A DNA stretch of 63,289 nt. Origin: a virus. Its lineage: Duplodnaviria > Caudoviricetes. A program made the translations under genes and the position numbers. The DNA lies in IMG/VR virus record IMGVR_UViG_3300025358_000006, positions 1 to 63,289 of that record; one strand, 5' to 3'. Below the pieces are notes generated by a model, which saw only the letters and a list, made by a program, of their open reading frames with translations, was not told the origin of the DNA and ran no database searches. This document shows positions 28,901-41,600 of this stretch, piece by piece (position 1 is the stretch's first letter; each line of letters begins with the position of its first letter).

Positions 28901-31900
28901 CACAAAGCGGTGCATTAATATCGTATGGTGGATTCGGTGTTGCTAAGAGTATCCATTTAGGTGGCACACTAAGTCGTGAAGGCGATCTAAAAACTTATAA
29001 CTGGGCAGGCCAAGGTGTTAGTTTAAATCTACCTAGCGCATTGTACTATGACATTAGCGGATTAGGAACATATACATCGGCTTATTCAACATTTATTGAT
29101 ACTCCGACATTTGATAGCGCATACACAACTGTTTATAATACTGCGGCAACCGTTTATATCGGTGGCGCACCTGTTGCAAATTCAAGCAACGTGGTATTTG
29201 GTTCAGCATATTCCTTGTACGTCAACAGTGGAACAGTTTACATTGGCACTACCGCTACCTCAACAAGCTCACAATCAGCAAGTGCAGTTCAATTAGTAGG
29301 CGGTTTGGCTGTTGGTCAAGATTTACAAGTCGGCAATAACATTGTTGCTGGCCAGATCTACGACACTAACAACCGTGTAATAACCAGCATTGACATTATT
29401 ACAGGCACTGGAATTTCTGGAGGCGGAACTGCATTTGGACCAAATGCAATACTAACAATAACAAATACTGGTGTTCTAAGCAACATTGCTGGCGCAGGCA
29501 TTAGTCTAAACACAGCTACTGGTAACGTTACTATAGTTAATACTGGTGTTTTACGTGCAACTGGCGGAACTGGTATTAATATTAATACCGCAACTGGCAA
29601 TATTACAATTAGCAACGTTGGCGTAACTAGTGTAACAGCAGGCAGTGGCATTAGCTTATCAACAAGCACAGGTTCTGTAGCTATTGCAAGTATAGATACT
29701 CTACAACTGGTAACGGCACGAGGTGCAGTAACTGATCGTCCAATCACGTTAACATCAACCGGCACGGCACTTAATGTTTATAGTACTGCAACTATTGGCG
29801 GAAGTTTATCTGTAGGATCTAGTGCAACAGTTGGAACATTATTTGCTGGAACAAGCACGTTAGGTAGCTTGACTGTCAACGGAACAGCGTTAATTTCTGG
29901 TAACTTGGTTGTCCAAGGTAGCCAAACAATCGTTAATAGTACTCAAACAGCGTTAACAGATCCGGTAATTGATATTGGTACAAACGTAAACAATACTCCA
30001 TTGACTGGAGATGATGGTTACGACAAGGGCCTATTAATACATTACAATACAGGTGCAAGTACTGCGGCTGATAATCACGCATTCTTAGGTATGGAACATG
30101 CTAGCCGTAAGCTAACATTCCGCACAAATATCTATCCAGGTGGATTTGAAACAGTACCAAATCCATATAACACAACCGGCACAGTTGGTGGAGCAATCTT
30201 TAGCGATTTACATTTAATCGGGGGAGTTGCAAGCACAGGACCAACCACAGGCGACTTACAAGTTGCAGGCGGTATCGGCATTAGCGGAAACTCAACATTT
30301 GCTGGGCAGGTTGTCTTTAATAATACAACCAATACAATTAGCAGTCAAACAGGTGCTGTACAGTTGGCAGGCGGATTGGGAGTTGGCAAAGATGTTTATA
30401 TTGCTGGTAATTTGATACTTGATGGATACTTGTTATCTACAGCAAGTAACTTTAACGGTGGTACGATCTATAAAGACTTGATTTCTAATAGTCTTACACC
30501 TTCAACTAGCACACAAACTGGTGCGATTTTAGTTAATGGTACAGGTGGTATTGGAGTTGGTGGTAACGTTAACGTTGGCGGATATATCAACGCTAGTGCA
30601 ATTTATCAAAACGGCCAACCTTTAAGTACAAATATCAGTCTAGCACTAGGTCCAGGTTTAAGCGGCGGTGTTACAACTACTGCAAGCGGTGTCACAATCG
30701 CATTAACTAATACAGGATTAACAAACTTAGGTTCTGGTACAGGTATTTCGTTATCAACATCTAGCGGTTCTATAATTACAATCACTAACATTGGTGTAAC
30801 AGGTATAACTGTTGGACCTGGATTGGGTGCTATAGGATCATTAGGCGGAGTAACAACCAGTACAGGTACAGTAAGACTTCTTAATTTAGGTGTTACAAGC
30901 GCAGTATCTGGCAAGGGAATCAATATTGATCAAAGCACAGGTACTATCACAATCAGCAATATTGGTGTAACAGACATCACTGCTGTAGGATCTGGACTTA
31001 CATTATCAACGAGCACAGGATCGTTGTTTATCGCCAACGCAGGTGTAACAGCGTTAACTGCTGGTACAGATACCTACGTAAGTGCGGCTACTGGTGCAGT
31101 CACAGTTTGGAGTTATGCAACTTTACAATCTGTAACTGATCACGGTAATACAACAACTAATGCTGTTATTATCAATAACACAACTACATCTACAAATATC
31201 TATAATGGTGCATTAGTGGTAGGCGGTGGCGCCGGCATTGGTCAAAACTTATTTGTTGGTGGAAATTCTACAGTAATTGGCACTTTAACTGCTCCGTATG
31301 CAACAATAGCAGACTACTCATTTACTGGAAGTTCAATTGTTGCTCTTGCAAACGATGCCGCATTGTTACAAGTTCCAGGAAACGCAGGATCTATTACACT
31401 ACAAGCAACAAGTGTTAATCTAAGTGCGCAAACTTCTGCAACAATCAATACACCAAATACTACAATAACCGGTCTTGCTAACTTTACTAACTTGACTTCT
31501 TCAACTAACACCCTAACAGGTGCTGTTAAGATCTTAGGTGGTGTTGCGATTGGCAATAATTTATATGTACAAGGCACTATCAGTGCAACAGGCGGATATT
31601 TAGGATTAAATCCTAATAAGATCTTCCAAAGCACTTCTAGCGTAACAGTTATTGATAGCGGCACAGCACCACAAGAAGTCTTTGTAAGTGTTGCAGGCAC
31701 CACATCAACTGTGTTCTATAACAACGGAGTATCTATAAATGTTCCGTTAAATGCTGGTAATATTATTACTACAGGAACTATCCAGCGTATAGGCACAGTA
31801 CTTTCCAATGGTTGGGGTTCAAACGGTATCGCACTATCGATATTAGATGCAACTTATGACGATTTAACATCTCAAGGTGTTGTTGGCACTGCACACGTTA

Positions 31901-32526
31901 ATGTGTTTGGTCAACCGACAATCAGCGCAACTAGCGGAGTAGCAACTTATAACGATGTTGCGACCGTTTACATTAAAAATAGTCCTATAGCCGGTAACGG
32001 AAACACAACTATTACTCGTCCGTGGGGCTTATATGTAAACAATGGTAACGTTTATGTTGGTTCTAATACAGTAAGTACAACTCCTAGCACAGGTGCTTTA
32101 CAAGTAGCAGGCGGTGTTGGTGTTGGTGGATCACTAAACGTTGGCGGAAACGTATATGTAAGTGGAAATACTATAAACGTTGGAAACAGCGAGATCTACA
32201 CTTATACAAGCCCAACAGTAAGTGCGCAGGCTCAACTAAGCCTAGACAGTTTTGGAGTTGCTAACTACCACAGCGCCAAATATCTAGTACAAGTAGTAGA
32301 CGTAACAGCCGCAGGCCAACCAAATAAAGTATATGTGAGTGAAATTATGTTGTTCCATGATGGACTAAGTAGCGCATACATATCAGAATACGGAATCGCT
32401 AGCAATACTGGAGATTTGGGTACCTTTGATGCCGCGTTATCAGGCGGTACAGTTACCCTAACATTTACTCCAAACTATACTCCAACTGCTCTAACTGTAA
32501 GGGTTAACAGAACTACAATCGCATAA
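25966..32526 (+). CDS. Giant Ser/Thr/Gly-rich tail fibre protein (2186 aa)
   Basis: N-terminal DGV...DRIVVRAQ...ENGIYVV tail-fibre motif; about 19 STSTTTGALxVxGGVGIG-type repeats; GVTSxTAGxGI repeats; C-terminal SAKYLVQV...SEI...HDG...EYG domain. Confidence 0.8.
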   Translation: MPTLLGGTTRATPSGSLSPLRYQFITLSQAQAALGATPSQTTGYTLVVGANGVATFTNSLGNIGFTSGTITSQTTDGNLVLNPSGTGTITLNGPVNIPQGIIGNGFKKEAIAATTCSIVINTSTSTVVYDGVSITYLDRIVVRAQDNPAENGIYVVQTATLIPASTASSAVTLIRSSDANTTVQLSHAAIPVIRGTTYGRTLFFTTFRSTDTVGVDPIYWREIIDDVSTQTVYNKDIENSSIGITQPGPAQFTTLTATNFNVNSFTVTGSLSVLGAVTMDPVNANVNISPTGTGTVVISAGNAGTMDNIVIGSNTPRPATFTTLQVTTQEYITSSIDSTSTTTGALVVTGGVGIGKNLTVGGNLSLSGAGGQATGNIAAGNISATNLTVSGQSIFTSSTNSTSTTSGSLIIAGGVGIAQDLVLGGQLIFSGQGNALVVQSLKVTTSTNSTSTTTGGVIVTGGVGIGQDVWIGGQLHFTGNGGDLSLSTLTVNSTTNSTSTTTGAITVKGGVGVGGNLVVGGQLIFQGTGSNLSVQTLQVTSSTNSTSSTTGAITVVGGVGIQKDVFIGGNLNLGGSLQFGTSFTATFVSLHVTSTASDTSNFYNNAVYIEGGLSTKKDLSVYGNTVISGNLTVLGTQTTVDSQNTYVIDPVIDVGTGINNTPLTTNDGLDRGLLLHYNTGASSATDNHAFLGRDASTGYLTYKTNIYPGGYENFAPSFASTGSFGTAQFGGLHLLGGIGAISTNTGDLQVLGGIGVAGNSYLSGRITLSNTGANSTVTLNHALMVTAGGIGVAGDSYFGGIVGFGNATASSDPTTGAVKITGGLGVVGNSSLGGPVHIYASTSATSTGTGALIVGGGGGFNGDLYCHKLFTDAGQTQLTNFNGGTISDPLIIANSTTATSTASGALVVYGGVAIGQNLIVGGQLSAQVLYSNGAQVLTTATPTGFDGGVIHYPLVIGDPNNLLNTTALTLNSTVESYNTQSGALISYGGFGVAKSIHLGGTLSREGDLKTYNWAGQGVSLNLPSALYYDISGLGTYTSAYSTFIDTPTFDSAYTTVYNTAATVYIGGAPVANSSNVVFGSAYSLYVNSGTVYIGTTATSTSSQSASAVQLVGGLAVGQDLQVGNNIVAGQIYDTNNRVITSIDIITGTGISGGGTAFGPNAILTITNTGVLSNIAGAGISLNTATGNVTIVNTGVLRATGGTGININTATGNITISNVGVTSVTAGSGISLSTSTGSVAIASIDTLQLVTARGAVTDRPITLTSTGTALNVYSTATIGGSLSVGSSATVGTLFAGTSTLGSLTVNGTALISGNLVVQGSQTIVNSTQTALTDPVIDIGTNVNNTPLTGDDGYDKGLLIHYNTGASTAADNHAFLGMEHASRKLTFRTNIYPGGFETVPNPYNTTGTVGGAIFSDLHLIGGVASTGPTTGDLQVAGGIGISGNSTFAGQVVFNNTTNTISSQTGAVQLAGGLGVGKDVYIAGNLILDGYLLSTASNFNGGTIYKDLISNSLTPSTSTQTGAILVNGTGGIGVGGNVNVGGYINASAIYQNGQPLSTNISLALGPGLSGGVTTTASGVTIALTNTGLTNLGSGTGISLSTSSGSIITITNIGVTGITVGPGLGAIGSLGGVTTSTGTVRLLNLGVTSAVSGKGINIDQSTGTITISNIGVTDITAVGSGLTLSTSTGSLFIANAGVTALTAGTDTYVSAATGAVTVWSYATLQSVTDHGNTTTNAVIINNTTTSTNIYNGALVVGGGAGIGQNLFVGGNSTVIGTLTAPYATIADYSFTGSSIVALANDAALLQVPGNAGSITLQATSVNLSAQTSATINTPNTTITGLANFTNLTSSTNTLTGAVKILGGVAIGNNLYVQGTISATGGYLGLNPNKIFQSTSSVTVIDSGTAPQEVFVSVAGTTSTVFYNNGVSINVPLNAGNIITTGTIQRIGTVLSNGWGSNGIALSILDATYDDLTSQGVVGTAHVNVFGQPTISATSGVATYNDVATVYIKNSPIAGNGNTTITRPWGLYVNNGNVYVGSNTVSTTPSTGALQVAGGVGVGGSLNVGGNVYVSGNTINVGNSEIYTYTSPTVSAQAQLSLDSFGVANYHSAKYLVQVVDVTAAGQPNKVYVSEIMLFHDGLSSAYISEYGIASNTGDLGTFDAALSGGTVTLTFTPNYTPTALTVRVNRTTIA

Positions 32527-32529
32527 AAA

Positions 32530-32602
32530 CCATTAGTTTCCCTGTCTTTGGTAAATAGTTGATACAGCAATTTTTGCCAGACGTGGAGAGGGAAACTAAT
32601 GG
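32530..32602 (+). promoter_or_regulatory. Translation-blocking inverted repeat with internal late promoter
   Basis: CCATTAGTTTCCCT (32530-32543) is the exact reverse complement of AGGGAAACTAATGG (32589-32602, RBS region plus ATG); TAAATA at 32552-32557 lies between the arms. Confidence 0.8.
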
Positions 32603-35600
32603 CTTATACCGATGACTTTATAGTCAAAAATGGTCTTGTGGTTCGTGCCACAAACCTAGCAAATTACAATTCAACAAGTACACAAACAGGTGCAATAACA
32701 ACCCCAGGTGGTTTGGGCATCGGTGGAAACGCCTACATCGGCGGACAACTTAACGTATTAACATCTGCAACTTTAGCAGAGTTACAAGTTAATGATGTAG
32801 CTAAGATCCTTAGCTCTGCAATCAACACAGCAACAATATCCGCGGCAGGAAATGCCCTCCAAGTCACTGGCGGTATTTTTGCGGCCGCAATTAATATTTC
32901 CGGCACAGCGTTTGTTAAAGGCTCACAGGTTTTAACACAAGCTGATGGCTTCAAAGGCGGTGTAATCAGTCAACCGCTAATAATTAATACAACAACAAAC
33001 TCAACCAGTACACAAACAGGTGCTTTAGTAACACCAGGCGGCGTAGGTATTGGTCAGGACCTATGGGTGGGTGGAATAGTAACTGCAACTGGCGCAATGT
33101 ACTCGTTGGGTTATCAAGTTCCTACATTATTAACTGTTACAGCAGGAACAGGTCTAGCAGGCGGTGGTACTTTAAGTGCCACGAATGCTGTAATTACTTT
33201 AAGTAATGCCGGCGTACTAAGTTTACAAGCTAGTACCGGTATTAATATTAATACTTCTACTGGTAACATTACAATCACCAACATTGGTGTGCAACAAGTT
33301 ACAGCCGGCACCGACATACAATTAAGCACCAGCACTGGTAGCGTTTTAATCAGTGACATTAGTACTTTACAATCAGTTACTGCACGTGGTTCTATTTCGA
33401 ACCAAATTATAACCCTTACAACCACAACTGCAAATGCAGGCGTAGTTTACAGTACGAATTCTAATGCTCTTAACGTATTAGGTGGCGCAAGTTTTGGTAG
33501 CATCAACGTTCTTAACACCAGCTATCAAGGCGGTGCACAACTTGTTACCACATCAACAATTAATCAGTTCATTGGCGGTACGATCCGCAATCCATTAGAC
33601 ATTGAAAATACTACAGATGCAGTTAATACACAAACTGGTGCACTAATTGTCGCAGGTGGTGTTGGTATTGGCCGAGATCTTTTTGTTGGTAAAACATTAA
33701 ACGTAAATGGTAATGCTACTATATATGGAAGTTTAAACGTACTAGGTACATATACAACTGTTACAGTTAACTCAACTCAGACATATATCGAAAGTCCGTT
33801 GATTGATATTGGAACAGGCCCTAACGATAGTGTATTATCAATCAATGACACACTGGATCGCGGTATCGTAATACACTACAATACAGGTTCTAGTACATTA
33901 TTTGATAACCACGCATTTATCGGCCGTAGAAGTTCAAGTGGTGAACTAGTATTCTTAACAGATATTCAACCAGGCGGTACAACAGAAGTCTTAACAAATC
34001 CATTGGCTGGTGGAAACTATGGTAATGTTAGATTTGGAGTATTAAACTTAGTTGGTGGAAATCCATCTACAGGTTATGGAACAGGTGACTTAATAGTTAC
34101 AGGTGGCGGTAGCTTTAATGGTAGTTTATATTCTACTGCAATATATGATTATGGTCATAGAGTACTAAACAGTACAAGTATTACAACCGGTACAGGTATA
34201 AGCGCAAGCATTACTACAACTGCAACAGGTGTTATTGTTACACTAACCAACATTGGTGTTACATCACTTATACCAGGTAGTGGAATTTATGTAAACGGTG
34301 GTGTAAATTCTGCAACCGGCGTTGTTACTATTTCTAACGCTGGCGTTATAAGCCTATCAACATCATCTACAAACAACGATTTGTTGATAACAGGTCAGCT
34401 TACTGGCAATTTAGTAATACAGAACCAAGCTACATTACAAACAGTTACATCTCGCGGTAATACAAGTTCATATCAAGTAATATTGAACAACAGCGGAGCA
34501 AGTATTACTAACTCTTCAACTAACGCATTGTATCTAGCAGGTCAGGGCGGAACTGGTCCTGGCGGTATATATGCTTATAGTATTATGCTGGCTAGCAAAA
34601 GTACTATCAATGGTAGTGAAATTTTAACAACAGGTACTATTAATAACAGTTTGGGCGGCATTATTCCTAATGCAATTCATATTACTTCTAGTACTGTATC
34701 AGTAAGTACACAAACTGGTTCATTGATCGTTGATGCCGGCGTTGGATTTGGAAGTAATTTAAACGTACAAGGTCCATTAGTTGTAAATCAGAACTTTTCT
34801 GCAGGTGGCACAAGTAGCGTTGGTGGAAATTCTACAGTAGGTGGAAACCTTTACACAACAGGCACATTATTTGTTGGAACTATTACAAGCCCTAATGCCA
34901 ACTTATATCTATCAACCAGCACAGGTGGTTCTACTGGGGCTATCTATGCAAACAATGTTAATTTAACTTACTATCTAGCTAATGTTTATTACGTTCAATC
35001 AAATGGTAGTGATTCAAATGATGGTCTGAGAGAATCGACTGCATTTGCAACTATAGCTCATGCACTGAGCGTTGTCCAATCTGGTGGCACAATTATAGTT
35101 GGTGCAGGCACTTTCACAGAAAACTTCCCATTAACTGTTCCACAGGGCGTAACCATACGCGGTTCGGGAATACGTTCAACTGTTATTCAACCAACTAGTG
35201 GCACTAATACAAATGATGGTTTCTTATTAAACGGCGAAACTACGATAAGTGATTTTGTAGTCAGCGGATATTACAGCCCAGGTTACGGTGTTAAATTTGC
35301 TAACGGTTGTAAAATTACAACCAAATCACCATATCTTGAGCGTATAAGTTTTATAACAAAAGGCTCAACTACAACATCAACTGACCCTTACGGATATAAT
35401 GCAGGTAATGCAGGTAATGGTGCATATTTAGATGCTAGTATTCTAAATGCAAATTCATTAGAACCTACAATGCTGTTTAATGAAGTAACATTCATTGTTC
35501 CAGCCGCAACTGGTATGTATATGACCAACGGTGTTCGAGCAGAGATTGTTAACACATTCTTCTATTTTGCCGCTAAGGCAATTAATGCTCAAGCTGGATC

Positions 35601-38600
35601 TGCAGGTGTTGCTAGCTTAGGTAGAACAAGACTAAAATTATCAAACGTAAGCGGAACATTCACAGCCGGCGATACCATACATTATGTTGATCCACTAGGA
35701 TCTCCTATTGCTACAGGAACTATTGCATCTAATGACGGAACTTATGTTTACATTTCCGGTGCCGTTTGGGGCTTTGCTCCGGCAGTTAGCGGTACTGCAA
35801 AAGTAGTAACTCCTTATGGTAATGTACAAACTGTAACCTCTCTTGAAAAATTTGGTACAGCTAGTGCGGCATTTAGTGCAACTACTAACGATTATCTACA
35901 AATACTCAGCGATACTAGTATGCAATTCGGCAACGGTGCATATACGATTGAATCGTTTATCTATGTTACATCAGTTGGTGGCACACAGGTAATTTGGAAC
36001 AAAGGTAATCCAAACAGTCCTAGTACAAGTTTTGGTGTTAGAATCAACAGCTCAGGTGTGTTAGTTGCAGAACACGGCACATCTATTTTAACTGGATCAA
36101 CAGTATTATCAACTAGTGCATGGCACCATGTTGCATTAGTCCGTAATCCAAGTAATAACACAGTTACATTATTCTTAGATGGTAACGTTGAAGCAAGTGT
36201 GTCAAGTGTGGTTGCTAGTGTAAACAACACAGATCCATTTGACATTGGTGCAGATTCAACGAACGGACAATGGTATTACACTGGTAACATCGATGAATTC
36301 CGTGTAAGTAACGTAGTTCGTTACACAACTTCTTTTAGTATTCCAAGTGCGGCATTTGGTTATGATATAGATACTGTATTCTTAATGCATATGGATGGGG
36401 CCAATGCTGGTACAAATTTCCCAACAGATGCTACACAAGTACAAAATATCTACTCAACAGGTAATAGTCCTGCAAGTGCTAAACAAGTTCAATTAGCAGA
36501 CTATCATCAGTTTGGTGCAGAGTTACGCTCTATCGGTTCTGCCGCGGTATTTGGTAATCAAGGTGTTATAGCTAACGGTACTGGTACTGACTTAAAACTG
36601 ATAGCATTCAATATGAGCTTTATAGGTGCAGGCGGCGACATAACAGATGACGCTAGCCTAACTGTACAGGCCAACGAAGTTATACAAACCAACGGTGGTA
36701 AAGTATTCTATCAAACAGTTGATCAGAATGGTGACTTCCGTGTTGGTAACAGTTTCTATGTTAGCCAAGCAACTGGCGCGGTTAGCTTTGGTAATGCAAA
36801 CTTAAACTTAACAAGCCTTGCTAGCCTACAGATTAGCAATGGTACAAACGCAACAACAATCCTGCCAGGTAGCGTATCTGCGGGTGAGATGTTTATTAGC
36901 GGGAATACATTAGGTAGTTCAGCTGGTAACATTAACATCAACCCTGCCGGAACATACACTATTGTACAAAGTAACCTGCAGGTCAACGGTGGTTTCAGTG
37001 TTCAAACACTAACAATTCCTGGTAGTGCAGATTCTACATCTACTACAACAGGTGCCCTACAAGTAACTGGCGGAGTTGGCATCGGTGGTGACGTCTATAT
37101 CGCCGGTACACTATCAAATGTTAATGCGATTGCAGGAAACGCAGTCAGTGTGCCTAATGGTGGCATTGGTGCGCAAACTCTTTATATTGCGACTCAAGGT
37201 TTTATTAATAATGCTAAGATTGTTACAACAGCAACCATTGGTAACGTTTTAGGCGGTAATGTTCCTAACGCATTGTATATTACGACTACTACAGATTCTG
37301 TAAGCACAAATACAGGTGCATTTACTGTAGCAGGCGGTGTTGGTATTGCTAAAAATGTATATGTTGGCGGACTAGTAGAACAAAACAATGGAATGAATGT
37401 ATTAAGTTCATTGACATTGGCATTGGTAGGATTAGCAGGTAGTGTTTCTTACAGCGGAGTTACAGCAACTCTTAGCTTAAACAACATTGGTGTTACACAG
37501 ATTATCGCCGGAACAGATATTTCAGTAAGTCAAAATACTGGTACTGTAACAATTAACGATACAGCAACTTTACAATCTGTAACAGATCGAGGATTTACAA
37601 CAACAAATGCGATCAATGTTACAAATGCAAGTTTCAGTACATCGACTATAGCCGGTAATGCAATTTCAGTAACTAATGGTGGAATTGGAGCAAAATACCT
37701 ATACCTAGATACAGCAGGTTATATCCAAGGTAGCCAGATTCTTACAACAGGAAATGCTTCTAGTAGCTTCCCAGGTCAGATCAATACACCATTATATATT
37801 GCCAATTCTACAAATGCAATCAATACACAAACTGGTGCATTGACTGTATTAGGTGGTGTAGGTATTGGCAAAGACGTTTACATCGGCGGATCAACTTATA
37901 TCAGTGGCGATTTATATGTAGATGGTTCTAATACAGTTGTTAACACTACTAGTTTACAAACAGGCGACAAGACAATTACATTGTCGACTGGTTCTGCCAA
38001 TGCCGCAGTGGCAGGCGGGTCTGGTCTACAAATTGGTTATTCAACAAGCACATTATGGGCAAGTTTCTTGTTCGACGGTGTTGGTAACTGGAACTCAACG
38101 GCAGGCATCAATCCTACATTAGATATACAACAAAGTTTAGGTACTCCTACAGCACGTTGGAACATGACTGCCGGTACCGTAACATTTACCACAGCCACAA
38201 CAACAAGTACACAATGGAACACAACTACTGTTTCAAGTAACGCACTATCATTACCTAACGGTGGTATCGGAGTTGCACATTTATATGTTACTTCCGATGC
38301 ATGGGTGGGTACTGGTAAGGTTATTACTAGCTCAAACTTATCTCAGTATACCCAGGTCTTTAACGGTGGTACTATTAACCAACCGTTAATCGAAACAGAT
38401 CAAACACAATCAGCAAGCACACAAACTGGTGCGTTACAAGTAGCAGGTGGTGTTGGTATTGGTAAGAATTTATATGTAGGCGGAAACAATATCACATTAG
38501 GTAGTTCATATACTACCGGATCGGTTTATGCATCAGCAGTTTACGACAGTAACAATCGTGTAATTACTAACATTAATCTAAGTGCTGGAACAGGTATCAG

Positions 38601-41600
38601 TTTTGGATCTGCTTCACTTGCAGGACCTAACCCAACACTAACAGTTACAAACATAGGTGTTACTGGCGTCTCCGTGGGCGCAGGTCTAAGTGTTAGTACT
38701 TCTACTGGTAATGTATTATTTGTTAACACAGGTGTAACAAGTATAACAGCAGGCACAGATACAGCGATAACTTCTCATTATGGTGATATTGTATTATGGA
38801 ATACTAGCACCCTTGATTCTATCGCACAAAGAAACGGTACAACAACAGCTACAATAGTAATCAACAATGCGGCATTTACAACTACAAGTATTGCAGGTAA
38901 CGCCTTACAAGTAAGCGGTGGCATAGGCGCAAGCTATCTATACTTACAAACTGCTGGATACATTAACGGTTCTCAAATTATTACAACATCAACACTGAAT
39001 AGTTTCAGTGGTGGTGCAATTAATAATGCTTTACAGATCACAAATGCTACAGAAGCAACTAGCACAACAACCGGTGCATTACAAGTAACTGGCGGTGTTG
39101 GCGTTGGTAAGAGTTTATGGGTAGGTAAAGACCTACACGTATTAGGTGATTTATTTGTAGACGGAACTAACACACTTGTTAATTCAACAAGTATTCAAAC
39201 TGGTGACAAGACAATTACCCTAAGCTCAGCATCTACACTTGCTGGTACAGCAACAGGTTCTGGTATTAAAGTTGGCGCTTCTACAACAACATTCGCAACT
39301 TTGTTATTCGACGGTAATTCAAGTTGGCAAAGTGGAGCAAGTATTGTTCCAGCGTCTAGCCTAAGTTACAATTTAGGTAGTGCAAGTTTAATATGGAGTA
39401 ACGTATACTCTGCTAATGCTACTATTACAGCAAGCACAGCCGCTTCAAGTACACAATCAGGAGTATTGCAAGTAGCGGGCGGAGTTGGTATTGGTAAACA
39501 AGTTTACGTAGGTGAATCAATCAACGTTAATAGCATTTACGCAAGCACAACAACACAGTCTGGTAACAGTTTAGGTCTTGCTGGAGGCGCATTTGTTGGC
39601 GGAACACTAGCAGTTGGTGGCATTGCATGGGTGCAAGGTGCACAAGTTGTTACAACCAACAACCCATTTGATACAGTATTCACAAGTGTAACACAAAGTT
39701 TTAACACACAAAGCGGTGCCCTACAAGTAGCAGGCGGTGTTGGCATAGGTGGCAATTTAAATATCACCGGCCAAGTAAATATCGCCAACCTAACAGAAAG
39801 CACTACAACTCCGTCATCGAATGCATTAGTAGTTAGCGGTGGAATTAACGCTGACATGATTAACATCAACACCATTGGTACAATCAATGGCGGTATAATC
39901 ATTACAACATCGACCATTGGTAACTTTGCGTTCAATGGTGGTGTAATCAATAAACCAATCAATATTACTACAACCACAGTAGCATCTAGTAGTATCACTG
40001 GCGCATTAACTGTAACAGGTGGTGTTGGTATTGGTGGCGCAACTTATGCGTATGGAACATTTACAAGTCAAACTACAGCATCGTTTAATCGTATCCAGAT
40101 GGTCACGGCGACTATTACTGGTATATTCTCAAGTACTAGCGCACTAGTTAACACTTCGACTATTGCTGGCAATGCAATACAAGTTGGCGGCGGTATCGGT
40201 ACAAACTACTTGAACATTAAGACCGCAGGTTGGTTAAATGGTAGTCCAATTCTAACAGCACAAACACTGAATAATTATTCAGGCGGTACTATTAACAATC
40301 AGTTGATTATTAACACTGGCACACAATCAGTAAGCACAACAACAGGCGCATTGATTGTACAGAACGGTGGTTTGGGTGTTGGAGGAAATATTTGGTCAGG
40401 CGGCTCACATAACTTTATTGATCCTACCTTTACATCACAAGGTTTCTTTGGACCTAAATCAGATCTAACAGCGGTTCAAGTTGGTGCTTACTCTAATCAA
40501 CCAGTTGATGTTTTAGTCAATAATAATTCAGTTGCAAGATTCAATACAGGTGTTGCAGGATTTGGAAATACTAATCCTGTATTTGGTATTGATTTAGTAA
40601 CACCAAATGGTCAAGCTGGATCAGCAAATACAATCAGTAACCTGTTGAGCTTGGTCTCAACTAACTGGGCAGTAAACTTTACAGCAGATACTCCAACATT
40701 TGAAATTACACAAACTAGCTATGACGGCGGCAACACATTTGAAAACTGGTTATCAGTTGGTGAACAAGCCGCAGGTATTGCACAAGCTCTAGTATTTGCT
40801 GGTGGTAACTATTATAACAACAGTGGTCTTCCAACAGTAACTGAATGGGGTAGATTTACTCCTACTGGTAATTTGATTCTAAAGAATCAGATACAAGCTA
40901 ACACAGAAATTTTAAACAGTTCTAACAATAGCACAAGTACAATCGCAGGCAATGCGTTACAAGTTACTGGTGGTATTGGTGCGTCTCACTTGTATATTTC
41001 ACAAGACGGTTGGATTGCAGGCGGCAAGATCATTACTACAGCTAATGCAAGCTCGATTGCGTTCAACGGTGGTACTATTACTACACCGCTTTACATCAAT
41101 ACAACAACACAATCTAGTTCAAACATCACAGGTGCTTTGAGAGTACAAGGTGGTGCTGGTATTAACTTAAACTTGAACGTCGGTGGTGTTGCAACAATGA
41201 ATGGTGGATTAGTATCCGTCAACAATACATTTACTAACATTAACACCAGTTTACTAAACAGTTTAAATATTGGTGGTAACACAACTATCAGCACATCAAC
41301 AGCGGCCGCAGGCGTAACAGCAGGCACAGCTGGATTAGTAGTAACTGGTGGTGTTGGTATTAACAAGAATATAATTGTAAACGATACCGCAACTATATTA
41401 AGTTCTGTTGCAAGCACAACTACTATCGCAGGTAACGCATTGACATTGCCAAATGGTGGTATTGGTGCAGTATCTTTATACTTGTCACAAGTGGGTTATA
41501 TCAACGGTGCACAGATTGTTACAAGTTCTACAATCAATGCATTTAGTGGTGGATCGATTGCAAATGCTCTAAATCTAAGTAACTTAACTAACGCAGTTAA

